From: Lingula anatina
Lineage: Eukaryota > Animalia > Brachiopoda
Reading direction: 5' to 3'
DNA length: 64,000 nucleotides
NCBI GenBank assembly: GCA_051362555.1
Contig: CM120641.1
Span: 13,144,001 to 13,208,000 of the forward strand
Below the pieces are notes generated by a model. The model made no database searches and was not told where the DNA came from. It worked only from the letters and a program-made list of their open reading frames with translations. Shown here in pieces: positions 60,421 through 64,000 of this stretch. Each line of letters begins with the position of its first letter. The stretch's first letter is position 1. Both the position numbers and the translations under genes were made by a program.

Positions 60421-63400
60421 TAGTCCAGGAAATTGGTGAAAAATTGTGCATTTTTTACCTACAAGCATGAAATTTGGCACACTTATGGACAATAAAATTC
60501 TAAGCAAATTTGGATATATGGGCATGTCTGAAAATTCCAAAATGGCCGTCAAATCCAATATGGCCACCAAAATATCTTTTCAAATTAAAACTTCAAGTAC
60601 ATAGTCTTCTAATGACTTAAAATATCATATAAAGGTTAGAAAAGACCATGGTATGAATCCTTCAGGTGTATTAAATCCAAAATGGCCGCCAAAAGTAAAA
60701 AAAGCAGACCATTTATTCAAGATATCCATTTGAATGGGGAATTCATCAAGCAGTTAAAACTACAAGCATAAAATTTGGCAGGTTTGTGGAAAATGAAATT
60801 CTGAGCAAGTTTGGATGTATGGGCATATCCGAAAATTTAAAAATGGCCTTCAAATCCAAGATGGCCTCCAAAAATACGGCTTCTAATTAAAACTTCAAGT
60901 ATATAGTCTTTTAAGGGCGTAAATATCATTCAAAGGTTAAAAAACACCACGGTATGAATTCAGAATCAATATTTGCTTTTTTAGGTGTATTAAATCCAAA
61001 ATGGCCGCCAATAATAAAAAGCACTCTACTAATCCAAGATATCCAGCAGAGTGGTTAATTCATCAAAAACTACAAGCATGCATTTGGTACAGTTGTAAAA
61101 CAGGATTCCAAGCACTTTTGGATGTATGAGCATGTCTAAAAATTTCAATATATGGCCCCCAAATCCAATATAGCCGACACAAATACCCGTTCAAATTAAA
61201 ACTTCAAGTATATATAATCCTATAATAACTTAAGATAACACTTTATGGTTAGACAAGACTATGGTATGCATGAAGTATCAATATTTGATTCTTTAAGTGT
61301 ATAGAAATCCAAAATGGCCTCCAAAAATAAGAAAAACAGGCCACTCACAGCAGCAGTATGGTGAATTCATCATGCACTTAAAACTACAAGCATGAAAATT
61401 GGCTCAGTTGTACAGAACAGGATTCTAAGCAATTTGTTAATAATGACATGTCTGAATATTCTAATATGGCCACTAAAACCCTTTTAAAGTAAAAAAAGAC
61501 TACTATATAATCTGACTGACAACAGTCTTTACTCTTTTTTGGTTTTTCGCTCCTTTAGTTACATTTAGACCCAAATGACCATAAAAAATGGAACAGGACT
61601 CTTTTTGGTCTAGTTGTGACACCACATGCAGCAATTCTATAAATATCAAGGATAGGAAAATGTCAAGGTATTTTCACAAATAAGTTTCAAATTAACGAAA
61701 GTTATTTTATCAAGTAAGTGTTGCACATTTTATGGGCGGTCAACCTTTTACTTAAGTAAATGGACAATATCTCAACAGAGGATAACAGCTAGCTACACCG
61801 AAATTTCTACTTATTTGGTTAAATAATTTTCATTCATTAATGTGTGCCTAGCTTTACTAGTAGTTGTGTTTCCCTCAGCTTTCCCAGTATATCCTTAAAG
61901 CTAAAGCTTCTACATGTAATCCACTTTCCCCAACAAAATACCAAGAGGCATTGGTCGTTTTTAACACCAGAAAGCATCAGTTTACATGCATGAGGGTCAA
62001 TAGGAATATGAAAGTGTGGTAGGGGCATAGTAGCAGATGTAGGTTACTAGTGTGAACCCTTATAGGACCAGTCTTCCAATGCTTCTGACTCAGTTTACAT
62101 GCATGACGGTCCATAGGAATATGAAAGTGTGGAAGGGCATATTAGTAGATGTAGGTTACTAGTGTGAACCCTTATAGCACCAGTCTTCCAATGCTTCTGA
62201 CTCCCCTCACCACAGTTAGCAACTGCACACATAACTACAAACAGATGTGGTAGGAGCTACCTGGTAGATTTTGTAAGCTGGGTAAGTGAATACTCCTCAT
62301 GGCTTCATTCTGGATTGTCCCACAGAGACAATGATGCCGGAAATCTCATGAATTTTTACCTTTCAAAGTCCATATTGCACTAATTTCTTGGTGTAATCCT
62401 CAGAATACATCGTTTTTTGAAGTTTTGTATGTATTAACTGTCTGGAGGATTTTAATTCTTTTATTTTCATGTTCAGTTTTTTGAAAGTATAAGTTTGTAA
62501 CTAAACAAGTTGCCAAATGATCAAATGAAAACCAAAGTTTGGCGCCTATCAGTGCTTCTTTTTTAGTGCACGAAGTGTGAAGTCTGCAATGCAACTCTTG
62601 GATACAGCACATATCAACACCTGCCCTCTGTTTGGGGTACAGGTATTTCTTTGCTCATAAATTTTCACTAAATTCTCAGTAGCCATTACTGCGAATGTAC
62701 TAAAGCCAATTTTTTAAATAAGAATCTTTTCTAATTTACTTTTGAAGCACAAGATAACATCATAACATTATCGAGTGCAAATGTGCCCCGCTTTTAGTAC
62801 TTTACCAATGAAAGACACCAAATTGTTGAGACCTGTATGTTTGATTAGCTGTCATTTTTGTTATATTTATTAGCATTTGATGAAGCGCCATGCTCTGATC
62901 TAGCTGAAGAATCATAACCAACAGACAAAATTGGTACACCCCAAGTTTTTTATATTTGCCTCTTTAAGGCTAAGTTATTCTGGTGTTTCTTTCACATTTT
63001 ATGGATTTTGCACGATACTTTTTTTCTTAGAAAGGGGGCGTCTCTCATGAGTGCCATATAAGAAGATTGCTAACTGGGAATTGATCTAAATGAGAATCCA
63101 GAGCAAAAGTCAAACTACTTTTGTTGGTTTATCAAAAGAAAGACTGTTTTCAGTACATAATAAATGTATCATGCTTGATGTTTTTTTTAAAAATCTGTAG
63201 TATAGCTCCTGCACAGGTAGGAATATGCTGATCATACAGGTAGTTTGCAAAGCCCAAATGCCTATTCACGAGTGATTACAATTCAATAGTTGTGGTCTGC
63301 TGACTTTTGGAAGCCATTTTGGAATTTTAAAATCTTAAGTGGCAGATACTGATACTTCTTACATACAATGGTATTTTCTAACCATTAAATGATATTTTTA

Positions 63401-63922
63401 TAAAAGACTATACAAATAACTTTCACCTTGAAAGGGTATTTTGGGGGCAATATTGAAATTGGCTGCCATATTGGAATTTTCAGACATGCCCCTATATCCA
63501 ACGTTGCTTAGAATCATGTTCTACATAACTGTGCCAATTTTTATGCTTGTAATTGTAAGTGCTTGATGATTTTACAAAACTGCTGCATATTTTGCGTAAG
63601 TAAACTGCTTATTTTACTTTTGGAGGCCATTTTGGAATTCTATACACCTGTAGAAGCGGATATTGATAATTCATTCAAAGCATGATATTTTCCAGCTATA
63701 AAATGATATTCTAAACCATTTTAGGACTATATATTAGATGTTTTAATTTAAAAGAGTATTTGTGGCGGCCATATTGGATTTGGCGGCCATACTGGAATTT
63801 TCAGACATGCCCATATATCCAAAAAAGCTTAGAATTCCATTATCTACAACTGTGGCAAATTTCATGCTTGTAGGTAAAAAACGCACAATTCACCCTTTTT
63901 TCTGCACCAATTTCTTGGACTA
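60421..63922. mobile_element. 3.5-kb degenerate DNA transposon with long TIRs and roughly 300-320-bp subterminal repeat arrays (Academ-like)
   Basis: TTT|TAGTCCAGGAAATTGGTG...CACCAATTTCTTGGACTA|TTT; repeat unit CTACAAGCAT...TGTCTGAAAATTCCAAAATGGCCG...AAATCCAATATGGCC recurs at about 60459, 60760, 61070, 61384 and inverted at about 63543, 63864; no intact transposase. Confidence 0.75.
61978..62203. repeat. Two-copy tandem duplication, unit about 113 bp
   Basis: CAGTTTACATGCATGA...CCAGTCTTCCAATGCTTCTGACT occurs twice with few mismatches. Confidence 0.9.
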
Positions 63923-64000
63923 TTTATACTGCATATTGTATTGTGACAGGCTAAGTAGTTCAGCTGCCAAGTGATCTGGGTAACAATAGAATATCGCTGT

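Noticed and set aside
60459-61500. Regularly spaced repeats resembling a CRISPR or repeat-spacer array
   Set aside because: Eukaryotic context, whole 300-bp units are homologous with no unique spacers, no cas genes; explained as transposon subterminal repeats.

Overview
AT-rich, intron-rich eukaryotic DNA from an invertebrate animal (species not assignable from sequence alone); most entries in the supplied ORF track are exon fragments or noise. Left to right: (1) two tandem, apparently intact 13-coding-exon paralogs of a secreted VWDE-like protein (signal peptide, UMOD/GP2/OIT3-type D8C domain, VWD, furin site, EGF; about 1011 and 1085 aa, + strand); (2) FBXO11 (- strand, about 19 coding exons) head-to-head with EFCAB11 (+ strand, 6 coding exons), start codons about 250 bp apart; (3) neuroendocrine 7B2/SCG5 (- strand, 304 aa) with a full CRE upstream and two PC2-inhibitor-like motifs; (4) just upstream of 7B2, an unrecognised three-exon gene (- strand, absent from the ORF track) predicted to encode a 60-70 aa secreted precursor with dibasic sites, the best novelty candidate; (5) many transposon relics: a 5'-truncated RTE LINE, three Tc1-like copies, Harbinger-like, Kolobok-like, hAT/P-like and Academ-like non-autonomous elements and a Helentron-like element. 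The tandem paralogs supply empty sites that confirm several target-site duplications. All gene models were spliced by eye from GT-AG signals and reading-frame continuity; no database search was run.
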